DNA from: Candidatus Omnitrophota bacterium
Lineage (GTDB): Bacteria; Omnitrophota; Gorgyraeia; Gygaellales; Profunditerraquicolaceae
Reading direction: 5' to 3'
Length of the DNA stretch: 59,684 nucleotides
Assembly: GCA_028717885.1 (NCBI GenBank)
Contig: JAQUMX010000007.1
Span: 1-59,684, forward strand
Shown here: piece by piece, positions 9,180 through 19,502 of the stretch
Position numbering within the stretch: the first letter of the stretch is position 1
Layout of the letters: each line of letters opens with the position of its first letter
Position numbers and translations under genes: made by a program
The notes under the pieces: generated by a model
Seen by the model: only the letters and a program-made list of their open reading frames with translations
Told to the model about the DNA's origin: nothing
Databases searched by the model: none

Positions 9180-10917
9180 TGCTTTTATTATAATCATTAA
9201 GCAGGGCCTCTTTACTGACGCCGGAATCGATAAAATCCCAAGCCAATAATTCATTTTTTGATTTTTCTTTTAAAAAATCCTCTGGGGCGATTCCCGCCTC
9301 TTGAAAAGCTTCCATCCAGCGCGCAAAATTAAAATGTTCCTGCCAGCCGTCAAAACGCGCCCCCTTGCGAAAAGCTGATTCGATAACCTGGCTTAACCTG
9401 CGGTCGCCTCTGGCTATTACCCCCTCCAAGAAACTCGTTTCTGCATTATGGAAACTCAATTTTATTTTTTTATTCCGGTTGAGCTTGCGCAAGTATCCCT
9501 GCTTTTCTTTGATTTGCTCTATGCCTTCCATCCCGAACCATTGAAAAGCAGTGTGCGGCTTGGGGATCAAAGCATTTACACTTATATTTACCTGGGCATT
9601 AAACCCGCTTGTTTTTTTTCTTAACTGCGAAGCGTTATTGGCAAAATCCAAAATACTGCCTAAATCATCTTTTTCTTCTTTTGGCAGGCCGATCATAAAA
9701 TATAACTTCAAATGCTGATACCCTGCCTGATAAGCCTGTTCCAGGACGCGCAAAAACTCCGGAATATCAAAATCCTTATTCAGGACTTTGCGTAATTTTT
9801 CCGACGCTGCCTCAGGAGCAAAGGTTAAGCCGGTTTTTTTTATTTTAGAAATTAAAGACGCTAACTCTCCTACCATTTCACGCGGTTTTATCGAAGGCAA
9901 AGACACGCTTACCTTTTTTCCTTCGAACAAGGAAATTAAATTCCCCAGGATTTCTTTGATTTGCGGATGATCGCTGGCAGATAAACCGACGAGAGAAATT
10001 TCTTCATAGCCGGTATTTTGGTAAAGCTTGCAGGCTAAATCAGAGACTGCTTCCGTTTTTCTGATGCGAAACGGGGAATACAATGTGCGCGCCTGGCAAA
10101 AACGGCACTGATTAGGGCAGCCGCGCATAATTTCCAGGATCAGGCGGTCATGCACGACCTGGATAAAAGGAACCAGCCAATCCAAAGGAAAATATGACTG
10201 GTTAAGGTCTTTAACAGAGCGCTTCTTAACCACTGCTTTTAAATTGGCGTACTTTGGCTTAAATTCTTTTTGCTTGCCTTCCTGATCAAAAGAAACTGTA
10301 TAGAGCGAAGGCGCATAAACTCCTTCTATGCCGCAAAATTTTAAGAGAAATTCTTCTTTAGAGATTTTTCCCGCCTTAAAATCAGCGGCGTGGATTTTAT
10401 AAAGGCCGACGATTTCCTGAAGCGCTTCTTCAGCTTCTCCAATTACAAAGATGTCGATAAATTCATGCATTGGCTCCGGATTGAGCACACACGGCCCACC
10501 GGCAATCACTAAGGGAAAACTTGCATCGCGTAATGCGCTTTTTAAAGGAATGCCTCCCAGGTCCAAAAGATTCAAAACGTTAGTATAACTTAATTCATAT
10601 CCCAAAGAAAAGCCCACAAGATCGAATTCGCGCAAAGTTTTTTTAGACTCTAAGGAAAATAACTGGAGCTTGCCGCTACGCAACAACCCCTCCATGTCGA
10701 TAGCAGGAGAAAAGAATCTTTCACAAACAACCTGCGGCATTTGATTGAGAATGCCGTAGAGGATGCGGATTCCCAAATTACTCATCCCTACTTCATACAG
10801 GTCGGGAAAACAAAGCGCGAATTTTACCTCTGCCGCGTTAAAATCCTTATGCGAAATATTCCATTCTTCGCCGATATAGCGCGCCGGCTTTAATATTTGT
10901 AAAAGATAATCATCCAT
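9172..10917 (-). CDS. Radical SAM protein with B12-binding-like N-terminus (TIGR03960-like)
   Basis: FPDLYEVGMS N-terminus, CPNQCRFC motif, typical position after rodA; ATG overlaps the rodA TGA. Confidence 0.85.
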   Translation of the reverse strand: MDDYLLQILKPARYIGEEWNISHKDFNAAEVKFALCFPDLYEVGMSNLGIRILYGILNQMPQVVCERFFSPAIDMEGLLRSGKLQLFSLESKKTLREFDLVGFSLGYELSYTNVLNLLDLGGIPLKSALRDASFPLVIAGGPCVLNPEPMHEFIDIFVIGEAEEALQEIVGLYKIHAADFKAGKISKEEFLLKFCGIEGVYAPSLYTVSFDQEGKQKEFKPKYANLKAVVKKRSVKDLNQSYFPLDWLVPFIQVVHDRLILEIMRGCPNQCRFCQARTLYSPFRIRKTEAVSDLACKLYQNTGYEEISLVGLSASDHPQIKEILGNLISLFEGKKVSVSLPSIKPREMVGELASLISKIKKTGLTFAPEAASEKLRKVLNKDFDIPEFLRVLEQAYQAGYQHLKLYFMIGLPKEEKDDLGSILDFANNASQLRKKTSGFNAQVNISVNALIPKPHTAFQWFGMEGIEQIKEKQGYLRKLNRNKKIKLSFHNAETSFLEGVIARGDRRLSQVIESAFRKGARFDGWQEHFNFARWMEAFQEAGIAPEDFLKEKSKNELLAWDFIDSGVSKEALLNDYNKSIA

Positions 10918-12020
10918 CAAAATACCGACCTTTTCTTGGCGATATTCGCCAATATTCCTAATGCAATAAAAGTAGTAAATACCGATGATCCGCCGTAACT
11001 CATTAAAGGAAGCGGAATCCCCACCACCGGAGCCAACCCCAAATTCATGGCAATGTTAATAAAGACCTGTAAGCCCAACATAAGAGAAATCCCGAAAGCA
11101 AGCAGCCTGCCAAAATAATCGTGCGTATCCAAACCGATACGTATCCCCTCCCTGACTAAAGCACAGTATAATAATATCAGCGCGGAACTTCCGATTAATC
11201 CCCATTGCTCGGCAAAAGTAGCGAAGATAAAGTCCGTGTGTGATTCCGGCAAAAAATGCAATTGGCTCTGCGTGCCGGCAAGCCAGCCTTTTCCGAAAAT
11301 ACCCCCTGAACCAATGGCAATTTTTGATTGGATTACCGTATAGCCTGCGCCCAAAGGATCGACATTGGGGTTTAAAAATACCATTAGCCGGTCTTTCTGA
11401 TAGTCGTGCAAAAAATTCCAGAACAGCGGTAGCGAAATAAGCGCTATCGCCGCCAAGATCATGACATATTTCAATTTTATCCCCGCTAAATAAAGCATCG
11501 TGAGAAAAATCAATAAAACGACTATGGCGCTGCCTAAGTCAGGCTGCTCGATAATCAGCCCCATGGGAATAGCTACAAAAATAAACGGTAGGACGAATGC
11601 GCGTAGAATCCCGAATTTCGTCATCAGCAGAGAAACATCCCCGGAAGATTTTTTGCTGAAATATTTTGCCAAAAAAATTACCATCACGATCTTTGCCAAC
11701 TCAGTGGGCTGAAAATTAAACCAGCCAAACCTTAACCAGCGCTGCGCACCCAGCCTGATAGCCCCAAGCACAAAAACCAGGAAAAGCAAAAATACCACTA
11801 GCGCGTACAATAAATAAGAAGCGTCCCAAAGCCGGCGGTAATTAAAATTCGCCAGCAGAAAAAATAAAACTAAACCCAGAACCACCCAAAGAATTTGCCT
11901 GCGGTAAACCAGTTGCCAACCCGAGGCTTCCTTCTGATAGGTGCTGCTGTAAATCGACAAAATCCCGATCAAGGCAATTGTTAGTGCAACTATAATGATC
12001 AAAAATCCGCTTGCCTTCAT
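10917..12020 (-). CDS. rodA: Rod shape-determining SEDS protein RodA
   Basis: GAQRW, FQPTELAK, QPDLG, PESHTDFIF, LPLMSYGGSS; follows PBP2. Confidence 0.96.
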   Translation of the reverse strand: MKASGFLIIIVALTIALIGILSIYSSTYQKEASGWQLVYRRQILWVVLGLVLFFLLANFNYRRLWDASYLLYALVVFLLFLVFVLGAIRLGAQRWLRFGWFNFQPTELAKIVMVIFLAKYFSKKSSGDVSLLMTKFGILRAFVLPFIFVAIPMGLIIEQPDLGSAIVVLLIFLTMLYLAGIKLKYVMILAAIALISLPLFWNFLHDYQKDRLMVFLNPNVDPLGAGYTVIQSKIAIGSGGIFGKGWLAGTQSQLHFLPESHTDFIFATFAEQWGLIGSSALILLYCALVREGIRIGLDTHDYFGRLLAFGISLMLGLQVFINIAMNLGLAPVVGIPLPLMSYGGSSVFTTFIALGILANIAKKRSVF

Positions 12021-13732
12021 TAAACCAATCCTTGCTTAGACATTTCTTCGATAATCTGTTTGGCAACCATACAAGCACCATACCCTGAGCCGCCGTTTTC
12101 CAGAAAAACACAAATGGCAAATTTAGGATGATCAAAAGGGAAAAATCCACTAAACCATCCGTGCGGTTGCCCGCGCGTCACCTGAGCTGTTCCGGTTTTA
12201 CCCGCAACCGCCACGCTAAGGCCCGCTAAAACACTCGCCGTCCCCTGAGGATCAGCCACTACTTTTAGCTCTCCTTGCCGGATAGCATTAAGAAACCGCT
12301 CTTTAATCCCCAATGATTTATTCCCTTTTTGATACGCGGTAATATCCTGCCCGGCAATTGACTTGACGATATACGGATTAACTAAAAACCCGCGGTTTGC
12401 GAATACAGAAGCCATGCGTACAATTTGAATGGGTGTTGTCAACAAATCGCCTTGGCCGATGGAAAAATTTGCCGTATCTCCATCGTACCAGATCTGGGAG
12501 CGGGATGCTTTCTTCCAGCGCGGATGCGGTACAAACCCCGAAACTTCATAAGGCAAATCAATACCTGTGGGCTTGGAGAAACCAAACTTTAAAGAGTAAT
12601 CATGGATTAAGGGAGCGCCCAGCAAAATACCGGTGTGATAAAAAAAGACGTCGCAAGAATGGGCAATAGCCTGGATCAAATCCTGCTGGTTATGCGTATC
12701 CCAACACTTAAAATAGCGATTTCCGACCAGCATGCCGCCCGGGCAGTAAAAGCTCGTGCCTAAATTGATTTTACTTGTATCGAGCGCCGCTTCAGCCACT
12801 ACTAATTTAAATACCGAACCCGGAGCATAAGCCCCGGAGATCGCGCGGTTCATCAACACTGAATGAGAATTAGCAAAAATGTCCGCCAAAGAAGAGCCGG
12901 TTTTCTTGACAAAAACTTCCGGATTATACCCCGGCGAACTGGCGAGTGCGAAAATTTCTCCGCTAGCCGGGTCCATAATCACAACACTTCCTTTTCTTTC
13001 TCCAAGGCTACTTTCGGCAATTTTCTGGATCGCTAAATCCAGGGTGAGCTGGATATCTTTTCCGTTTTTTGCCGGCTTAAACCCTAAGGTACGCACAAAT
13101 CTTCCGCGATGGTCAACCTCTACGGAAAGCGCTCCCTCTTCTTCGCGTAAATAATAATCATATTTTTCTTCCACTCCGCCGTAACCGACAATATCCTTCG
13201 GATTATAGCCGTAATCTTGCAGCTTGCTTAGGCGCCACTGGTCAATCTCGCTTAAATAACCGGCTACGTGGCAGGCAAGTTTTCCGTAAGGATAGCTCCT
13301 TACCGGCCGCTGCTGTATCACTACGCCGGGATAATCCATTTTCAATTCTTCAAGAGCGACTGCCTTCTTGATATCGATATTTTTTGCCAAGGTAACCGGA
13401 ATAAAAGGGGCAGAGTAATTCTTACGGTAGGCTTTCTTTAATTCTGCCGGACTAATCCCCAATGTCCGTGCGATAATAGAAATTGCCTGGTCCAGCTCTT
13501 CTTTCTCCTCGGCAAGGACCATCACGTCAAAGGTAAGGTAATTATCTATAATCACCTGATTGTTACGGTCGAGGATCCTTCCCCGGGCACCGGGCTGCGC
13601 AAGTAAACGGATGTGGTTCTTTCGGCTTAGTCGGCTGAATTTATCATATTGTAAAACCTGCAGGTTGAAAAGCCCGCAGAATAAAAGCAGGAAAAGAACG
13701 CCTAAAAAAAATGTCGAGATTTTTATCCTCAT
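12020..13732 (-). CDS. mrdA: Penicillin-binding protein 2
   Basis: RGRILDRN, PGSVFK (SxxK), SCD, KTGTAQ; in mre operon. Confidence 0.95.
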   Translation of the reverse strand: MRIKISTFFLGVLFLLLFCGLFNLQVLQYDKFSRLSRKNHIRLLAQPGARGRILDRNNQVIIDNYLTFDVMVLAEEKEELDQAISIIARTLGISPAELKKAYRKNYSAPFIPVTLAKNIDIKKAVALEELKMDYPGVVIQQRPVRSYPYGKLACHVAGYLSEIDQWRLSKLQDYGYNPKDIVGYGGVEEKYDYYLREEEGALSVEVDHRGRFVRTLGFKPAKNGKDIQLTLDLAIQKIAESSLGERKGSVVIMDPASGEIFALASSPGYNPEVFVKKTGSSLADIFANSHSVLMNRAISGAYAPGSVFKLVVAEAALDTSKINLGTSFYCPGGMLVGNRYFKCWDTHNQQDLIQAIAHSCDVFFYHTGILLGAPLIHDYSLKFGFSKPTGIDLPYEVSGFVPHPRWKKASRSQIWYDGDTANFSIGQGDLLTTPIQIVRMASVFANRGFLVNPYIVKSIAGQDITAYQKGNKSLGIKERFLNAIRQGELKVVADPQGTASVLAGLSVAVAGKTGTAQVTRGQPHGWFSGFFPFDHPKFAICVFLENGGSGYGACMVAKQIIEEMSKQGLV

Positions 13733-14187
13733 CGTAAAACCTTAAAAATCAGAGGCGAAACTAATGCCGTATATAATGATTCAAGAATAATGACCTTTGA
13801 ATATACCCCTAAAGTAAAATAATTCCCTGCGGAAAATTGGAAAAATTTCTTTAATAAATCAATGAGGATAACTGCCAGAAAAATCAATACGGTACGCACA
13901 AGAGTGGTTTCGATGGGGATTTTCTTTGCCAAAAAAAACGTAACCGCCGCAAGAAAAGGAAAATAAAAAATGTGCGCCGCAAAAACTTGCGCGGTAAAAG
14001 CGTCTTTCAAGAACCCAAGCACCAGGCTAAAGAGCAAAGCATGCTTTAATTCAAAAACCAGCCCCACGAAAACTGCACAAATTAGCAACAGGTCAGGCTT
14101 AACGTTAAAAATGCGGAAATAATTTAAGAGGGTAGCCTGAAACAAAGCGAGCAAAACTATTACCAGGTAAAGCGTGCGCTTCTTCAT
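13729..14187 (-). CDS. mreD: Rod shape-determining protein MreD
   Basis: Hydrophobic, KPDLLL and GFLKD motifs, between mreC and mrdA. Confidence 0.88.
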   Translation of the reverse strand: MKKRTLYLVIVLLALFQATLLNYFRIFNVKPDLLLICAVFVGLVFELKHALLFSLVLGFLKDAFTAQVFAAHIFYFPFLAAVTFFLAKKIPIETTLVRTVLIFLAVILIDLLKKFFQFSAGNYFTLGVYSKVIILESLYTALVSPLIFKVLR

Positions 14188-14957
14188 GGAATAATTACCA
14201 GTACTTCTTCGATCGCGGATAAATCCGTAGCGGGTTTAATATTTGCGTAGCGGCTTAAACCGGAAAATTCCTCTCCCACCTCTACCACCGCGCCGATCAT
14301 CAACCCCTTCGGGTAAATGTCGGTGAGGCCGCTGGTAACGATGGTATCTGAAACCTGAATATCCGCGTCTTTGGGCAAATAGCGCATCACCAAAGTATTG
14401 CCGAGGGTGCCGCAAACCAGGCCTTCCTGGCGGCTGCGCTGATTAATGGCGGAAACGCTTAAAGCCGGGTCATTGATCAGCGCCACTTTACTGGTAGATT
14501 GGGAAACTTCGACTACACGGCCAAGTAAACCTAAATAACTGATCACCGCAAACCCGCGCTTGATCCCGGAATTGCTTCCTTTATCGAGGATCAAGGTCGA
14601 AGACCAATTGTCCGCCGAGTGGCCGATGACCTGCACAGGAATTACCCGATACGCGCTTTTCTGCTTAAAAGAGAGTAATTCCTTCAAGCGCTTATTTTCT
14701 AACTTGCACTCCTGCACGCTGTTAAGCCTGTTCTTCAATAACTCTACATCCTTAGTCAGGCGTTCATTCTCGGTATAATTTTGATGATAGAGCACGATCC
14801 CTTTGATCTCGCGGCCAATGGCTGTAGCAAAGTTAAGCGGTAATTTGAGCAGGTTAAGGGTAAAAGGCTTTAAGGCGGGGATAATGCTAAAAACAAGAAG
14901 CACCAATACTGCAACAACAATGAAAATGGTTAGATTCTTTTCGGCAAGCTTAAACAC
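14184..14957 (-). CDS. mreC: Rod shape-determining protein MreC
   Basis: TM, coiled coil (ENKRLKELL), IDKGS..G, GDTIVTSG-like motif. Confidence 0.93.
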   Translation of the reverse strand: MFKLAEKNLTIFIVVAVLVLLVFSIIPALKPFTLNLLKLPLNFATAIGREIKGIVLYHQNYTENERLTKDVELLKNRLNSVQECKLENKRLKELLSFKQKSAYRVIPVQVIGHSADNWSSTLILDKGSNSGIKRGFAVISYLGLLGRVVEVSQSTSKVALINDPALSVSAINQRSRQEGLVCGTLGNTLVMRYLPKDADIQVSDTIVTSGLTDIYPKGLMIGAVVEVGEEFSGLSRYANIKPATDLSAIEEVLVIIP

Positions 14958-14982
14958 ATTCTATTCTTGAATTGTGATAGTA

Positions 14983-16065
14983 TTAATTACGTATCTCGAC
15001 TTTTGTGGGAACCGCAACGTCCCGTAAGAAACGAATCTCATCCAGGTATTTTCCGGTGCCGTTAGCTACTGCGGTCGTGGGGTCATCGGCAATATGTACA
15101 GGTAAGCCTGTTTCTTCAGAGATTAATTTATCCAATCCTTTTAAGAGCGAACCGCCCCCGGCCATGACAATGCCGTGTTCGATCAGGTCCGCAGCTAATT
15201 CCGGAGGTGTGCGCTCCAGGGAAACTTTGGTAATTTCCAGGATCGCGCGTAACGGCTCCTGCAAAGCTTCGCGGATTTCTTCGGAAGTAATGGTGACAGT
15301 TTTCGGCAAGCCGGAAATTAAATCCCTCCCCTTTACTTCCAGGGTGAGTTCTTCTTCCAAAGGATAAGCAGAGCCGATTTTAATTTTAATATCTTCGGCC
15401 GTCCTTTCTCCGACCATCAAATTATAAGTCTTTTTTAGATATTCGATAACTGCCTCGTCCATTTCATCTCCGCCAATACGGATAGATTTGGAGAATACGA
15501 TTCCTTTTAAGGAAATAACTGCGATTTCCGTAGTGCCGCCGCCGATATCGATGATCATATTCCCGATTGGCTCGGCAATTGGCAACCCTACTCCGATTGC
15601 CGCAGCTACCGGTTCTTCGATCAGAATTACATCCCTTGCGCCGGCACGTTCTGCCGATTCCCTTACTGCGCGCCGTTCAACTTCGGTAATGCCGGAAGGA
15701 ATAGCGATTACGATACGCGGGCGGATCCGGAACCTGCGCGGGCGGATCTGCTGCGCTTTTTCGATAAATTTACGCAGCATTGCTTCGGTAATTTCAAAGT
15801 CCGTAATTACGCCGTCACGCATCGGACGGATAGCAATAATATTGCCCGGGGTACGGCCGAGCATGCGCTTGGCTTCATCGCCAACGGCTAAAACCTGGGA
15901 AGTGCCGCGCCTGACTGCCACTACCGAAGGCTCACAAAGCACAATCCCCTCCCCCTTTAAATAAACCAGGGTAGTGGCTGTACCAAGGTCTATACCTATA
16001 TCATTTGAGGATAAATCCTGAAAAAAACCGATGATTTTCTTAGGAATTTCTTTCATTTTCCACAT
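14983..16065 (-). CDS. mreB: Actin-like MreB
   Basis: [30 protein letters not shown]. Confidence 0.98.
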   Translation of the reverse strand: MWKMKEIPKKIIGFFQDLSSNDIGIDLGTATTLVYLKGEGIVLCEPSVVAVRRGTSQVLAVGDEAKRMLGRTPGNIIAIRPMRDGVITDFEITEAMLRKFIEKAQQIRPRRFRIRPRIVIAIPSGITEVERRAVRESAERAGARDVILIEEPVAAAIGVGLPIAEPIGNMIIDIGGGTTEIAVISLKGIVFSKSIRIGGDEMDEAVIEYLKKTYNLMVGERTAEDIKIKIGSAYPLEEELTLEVKGRDLISGLPKTVTITSEEIREALQEPLRAILEITKVSLERTPPELAADLIEHGIVMAGGGSLLKGLDKLISEETGLPVHIADDPTTAVANGTGKYLDEIRFLRDVAVPTKVEIRN

Positions 16066-16094
16066 GCCTTCTCCCAGCTGGGTAGGTAAAAGGG

Positions 16095-16123
16095 ATTTTA
16101 ACAGAGTTTAAACCCTATGTCAA
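16095..16123 (-). promoter_or_regulatory. mreB operon promoter
   Basis: TTGACA-17 bp-TAAAAT with TGn extension; SD GGAGAAGG before the ATG. Confidence 0.75.
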
Positions 16124-16131
16124 ATAAAAAT

Positions 16132-17463
16132 TTAGGAAATTATTGACTTAAGAGAACTTAAGAAACCCGGGAAGGATTTGCTAATACAGCCTATATCATC
16201 TAAACAGCTATTTCCCTCTGCTGCTAAGGCCGCAATAATTACACTCATGGCTGTACGATGGTCACCAAAACTTTGTAAAGCAGCGCCTTTTAACCCTTTA
16301 CCCCCCTGAATTACTATACCTTCAGAAGACTGCTTTTTAATTACCTGTATATCAGCTCCCATTTTGCTTAAATTCTTTAACATTGAATTAATACGATCGG
16401 TTTCTTTTACCCGCAACTCCCCTACTCCTTCAAAAACAGTCTTTCCTTCGGCAAAACAAGCAGCTACCATAAGGATGGGCAGCTCATCAATTAAAAAAGG
16501 AATTTCGTTTTTCTTTATAGTAGCGCCTTTTAAAATACTGGTTCTTATAATCAGGTTGCCTATCGGTTCAGAGCTTGCTGCTTTACGGCTTAGTGGCTTT
16601 ATAACCTGAATATTTGCGCCCATTCTCTTAAACACGTTGATAATACCTGCGCGCGTTGGATTCAGGCTAATATTTTTAATAGTGATTTTCGATTTTGGCA
16701 AAATTGCACCTAAAACAATAAAAAAAGCGGCGGAAGAAATATCGCCGGGCACATAAATTTTTTTAGGAGAAATCAATTTTTTTTCCCCATTGATAGTTAT
16801 TGTCTTGCCTTTAACTTTTATCTTGGCTCCAAATAATTTAAGCATCCGCTCCGTATGGTCACGGGTAGGTAATGGTTCGCTAACTCTTGTTTGACCTTTT
16901 GCATAAAGTCCTGCCAAAAGAATGGCGCTCTTTACTTGAGCAGAGGCAACAGGCATCTTATAAGCGATGCCTTTAAGATTGCCGCCTTTGACAAGAACCG
17001 GAGGATACTCTTCCGGTTCTGCGTGATGCGTTTTGCGTAATGCGTTTATCGTAGCGCCCATCATTCTAAGCGGCAGGGTAACACGGCGCATCGGGCGTCT
17101 GGAAAGCGATTTTCCCGCAAGTAATTTAGTTTGGAAATTTTGTCCGGCTAACACGCCTAATAACAACCGAAAAGTCGTCCCCGATTCACCGATAAAAATG
17201 GGACCTTTGGGTGCGCGTAAGCCATACGGCCCTTTGCCAAATACAATAACCGTGGAAGGTTTTTCGTAAAGAATTCGTAATCCCAGTTTTTTGAAGACAT
17301 TTAAAGTAGCAAGGCAATCTTTATTGGAAGGAAAATTTTCGATCTGGGTTTTACCGGAAGTTAAAGCACTGAGGATAACACTGCGGTGGGCAATCGATTT
17401 GTCGCCTGCAAAACTGACCACGCCTTTAACGCAGCAGGCGGGCTTAAAACAATAAGGCTTCAT
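16132..17463 (-). CDS. aroA: EPSP synthase
   Basis: GDKSIAHR, GESGTT, ASAQVKS, RDHTERML, LIDELP, RVKETDRI, DHRTAM. Confidence 0.97.
   Translation of the reverse strand: MKPYCFKPACCVKGVVSFAGDKSIAHRSVILSALTSGKTQIENFPSNKDCLATLNVFKKLGLRILYEKPSTVIVFGKGPYGLRAPKGPIFIGESGTTFRLLLGVLAGQNFQTKLLAGKSLSRRPMRRVTLPLRMMGATINALRKTHHAEPEEYPPVLVKGGNLKGIAYKMPVASAQVKSAILLAGLYAKGQTRVSEPLPTRDHTERMLKLFGAKIKVKGKTITINGEKKLISPKKIYVPGDISSAAFFIVLGAILPKSKITIKNISLNPTRAGIINVFKRMGANIQVIKPLSRKAASSEPIGNLIIRTSILKGATIKKNEIPFLIDELPILMVAACFAEGKTVFEGVGELRVKETDRINSMLKNLSKMGADIQVIKKQSSEGIVIQGGKGLKGAALQSFGDHRTAMSVIIAALAAEGNSCLDDIGCISKSFPGFLSSLKSIIS
17020..17047. repeat. In-frame heptamer repeat (TGCGTnn)x4 inside aroA
   Basis: tgcgtga tgcgttt tgcgtaa tgcgttt; encodes NALRKTHHA. 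Confidence 0.8.
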
Positions 17464-18362
17464 TTAGAGGTACGCACAACCTTATCGCCTTCGCTAACGA
17501 TATCTTTCATTTCAGGAACGGAAAAATCCGCAGCTGCCATAGAGTCATGAACCTTGCTCACCTGGATATTCCCTAAAGATTTATTATCGCGATACACGCT
17601 GAAGGTGTCTCCCACAGCTACCCCGTCTTTAGTCCCAAGGTTGATTACGGCAAAGCTGTAATCTTTATTAATTACCAATATCTTTCCTTCTAATGCTGCG
17701 GGAGTTGCCGGTTCTTTCTTTGCGGCGGCCTTTGCCTTCTTGGCCGCTAACTTTTCTTCTTTTTCGGCTTCTTTAGCTCTTTTCGCGGCTTCTTTGGCTT
17801 CCTTGGCAGCTTCTTTAGCGCTCTTCCTTTCCTGCTCGGGGCTGACCACGATCTTGCCCAATTCAACACCTTGCATTTTCGTTTCCAGGTCTGCGGACTT
17901 ATTCTCCAAAACCGCGATCTTATCTTCCAGTTCCCTTCTCGTAGATTCTAAATCTTTTAATTGGCCCTGGGCTTGCCGCATATCGCTTTGCGCCGCGGTC
18001 AACTTTGCTTCCAGATCAGACCTTAAAGTTTTTTGTTGTTCTAATTCGCTTCTTAACTGGCCGATCTGCGATAAAGCATCCTGTTTGGCTTTCTTTTCTT
18101 TTTCCAGGTCCCCGCTTAAAAGGTCCATCTGCGCGCGGGTTTCTTTAAGTTTATTATCCAAAGCAGCAAGCATGCGCTTTGATTCTTCGAGCCGGGTTTC
18201 GGTAATTTTTTGCTTGGTTTTTAACTCTTCCAACTCATCCTGCAGAGCCAGATTTTTAGCATGTTCTTTCTGAAAAAAGAAAAAGCCTCCACCGGCCAGG
18301 ATTAAGGCAACAACGACTAATATGGTTAAAATAATTACGGGCGCTTTTGCTTTCTCAGACAT
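17460..18362 (-). CDS. Membrane-anchored long coiled-coil protein with Ala/Lys-rich linker and C-terminal beta domain
   Basis: N-terminal TM, heptad region, AKEAAK repeats, C-terminal INLGTKDGVAVGDTFSV (FlgT-C-like). Confidence 0.7.
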   Translation of the reverse strand: MSEKAKAPVIILTILVVVALILAGGGFFFFQKEHAKNLALQDELEELKTKQKITETRLEESKRMLAALDNKLKETRAQMDLLSGDLEKEKKAKQDALSQIGQLRSELEQQKTLRSDLEAKLTAAQSDMRQAQGQLKDLESTRRELEDKIAVLENKSADLETKMQGVELGKIVVSPEQERKSAKEAAKEAKEAAKRAKEAEKEEKLAAKKAKAAAKKEPATPAALEGKILVINKDYSFAVINLGTKDGVAVGDTFSVYRDNKSLGNIQVSKVHDSMAAADFSVPEMKDIVSEGDKVVRTSK

Positions 18363-18407
18363 GAAACTCCCCTCCTTTTATCATGATTTCGACCCATTTA
18401 TCTTTTT

Positions 18408-18435
18408 ACTATAACAATAGTTAGGAAAAAATCAA
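18408..18435 (-). promoter_or_regulatory. Promoter upstream of the coiled-coil gene/aroA
   Basis: TTGATT-16 bp-TATAGT with TGn. Confidence 0.55.
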
Positions 18436-18445
18436 GTTTTATTTT

Positions 18446-18580
18446 AATGAGCGCATAACTTACGAACACTGCCTAGCGGCAGGGCAGGCGTAGTGTGAGT
18501 AAGTTATATGCGCGAATTAAATCCTTGACGCGTAAGCTTCAAATTCATATTAGTTGTCGGTTTCGCGTCAAGGATAAATC
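18446..18580. repeat. Multi-hairpin element, copy B (H1-H2)
   Basis: ATAACTTAC-GA-ACAC..GTGT-GA-GTAAGTTAT, linker GAATTAAA, TCCTTGACGCG/CGCGTCAAGGA. Confidence 0.85.
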
Positions 18581-18587
18581 GAGTTTC

Positions 18588-19493
18588 CTATTTAAATATA
18601 ATTAAGAATTCTTGCGGGGTTTCCGAAGAAAAATCGATGAATTTATGCGTAGAGGGATGGATAAAACCCAGGTATTTCGCATGCAGGGCCAGGCGCGGAA
18701 AACTGTTATCTTTGCCATATTTGGTATCGCCTAAGATCGGGTGCCCCAAAAAAGACAAATGCACCCTTAATTGGTGGGTCCTGCCCGTAAAAGGCTCTAA
18801 CTCCAGCAAACTAATATCTTTGGTGCGCTTTAAAGTACGGTAGCGGGTCTTGGCGAATTTTGCCTCTTCGCTAAAACCGACTGCCATGCTTTTTCTTTTT
18901 ACCGGATGCCGCCCTATGGGCAGTTCAATCACATCTTCGTTGAATTTTACTTCTCCTTTAACCAGCGCCACGTATTTACGCAAAATACTATGCTCGGCAA
19001 ATTGTTTTGCCAGGTTAAGGTGAGCCGAATTATTTTTTGCTATTACCAGCAGCCCGGAAGTATCTTTATCCAAACGATGCACTATTCCCGGCCTCTGCGG
19101 ATTGATATCGGAGAGTTGCGTAAAACGATGCAACAGCGCGTTCACCAAAGTATGCGTATAATTCCCCGGCGCAGGATGTACGACCAAACCTATCGGCTTA
19201 TCGATGATTGCCAAATCCTTATCTTCGTAAACAACCGCCAAAGGAATGTCTTCCGCTTCGAGAGTATTTTCTTTTTTTTCTTCGATATGAAGGTGGATTT
19301 CGTCGCCGCTTTTAATTTTGTAATGCGCTTTAAGTTTGCCTGAATGCTTTAAAGAAACCGCGCCTTGCAGGATCAATTTTTGCAGCGACTGGCGGGATAG
19401 CCCTAAATCATTCTGACGGGAGTAATCTGCGAGAAAAACATCCAGGCGCTTGCCTGCGTCTTCGGGGAGGGCTACGAGAGAATATTCCTGCAT
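18588..19493 (-). CDS. rluD: RluA/RluD family pseudouridine synthase
   Basis: S4 domain, HRLDKDTSG, TGRTHQLRVH, GD..YG. Confidence 0.95.
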   Translation of the reverse strand: MQEYSLVALPEDAGKRLDVFLADYSRQNDLGLSRQSLQKLILQGAVSLKHSGKLKAHYKIKSGDEIHLHIEEKKENTLEAEDIPLAVVYEDKDLAIIDKPIGLVVHPAPGNYTHTLVNALLHRFTQLSDINPQRPGIVHRLDKDTSGLLVIAKNNSAHLNLAKQFAEHSILRKYVALVKGEVKFNEDVIELPIGRHPVKRKSMAVGFSEEAKFAKTRYRTLKRTKDISLLELEPFTGRTHQLRVHLSFLGHPILGDTKYGKDNSFPRLALHAKYLGFIHPSTHKFIDFSSETPQEFLIIFK

Positions 19494-19502
19494 TGGCGTT
19501 TT

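Noticed and set aside
9030-9254. 74-aa and 122-aa ORFs over copy A
   Set aside because: They read through a repeat, a promoter and the radical SAM 3' end.
9172-10917. Radical SAM gene as maturase for peptides P1-P3
   Set aside because: 40 kb away, no SPASM or RRE domain seen, and it sits in its usual rodA-linked housekeeping position.
16570-16606. AAGC-periodic stretch in aroA (KPLSRKAASS)
   Set aside because: Period is irregular (8,8,7) and the length excess over homologues is uncertain.
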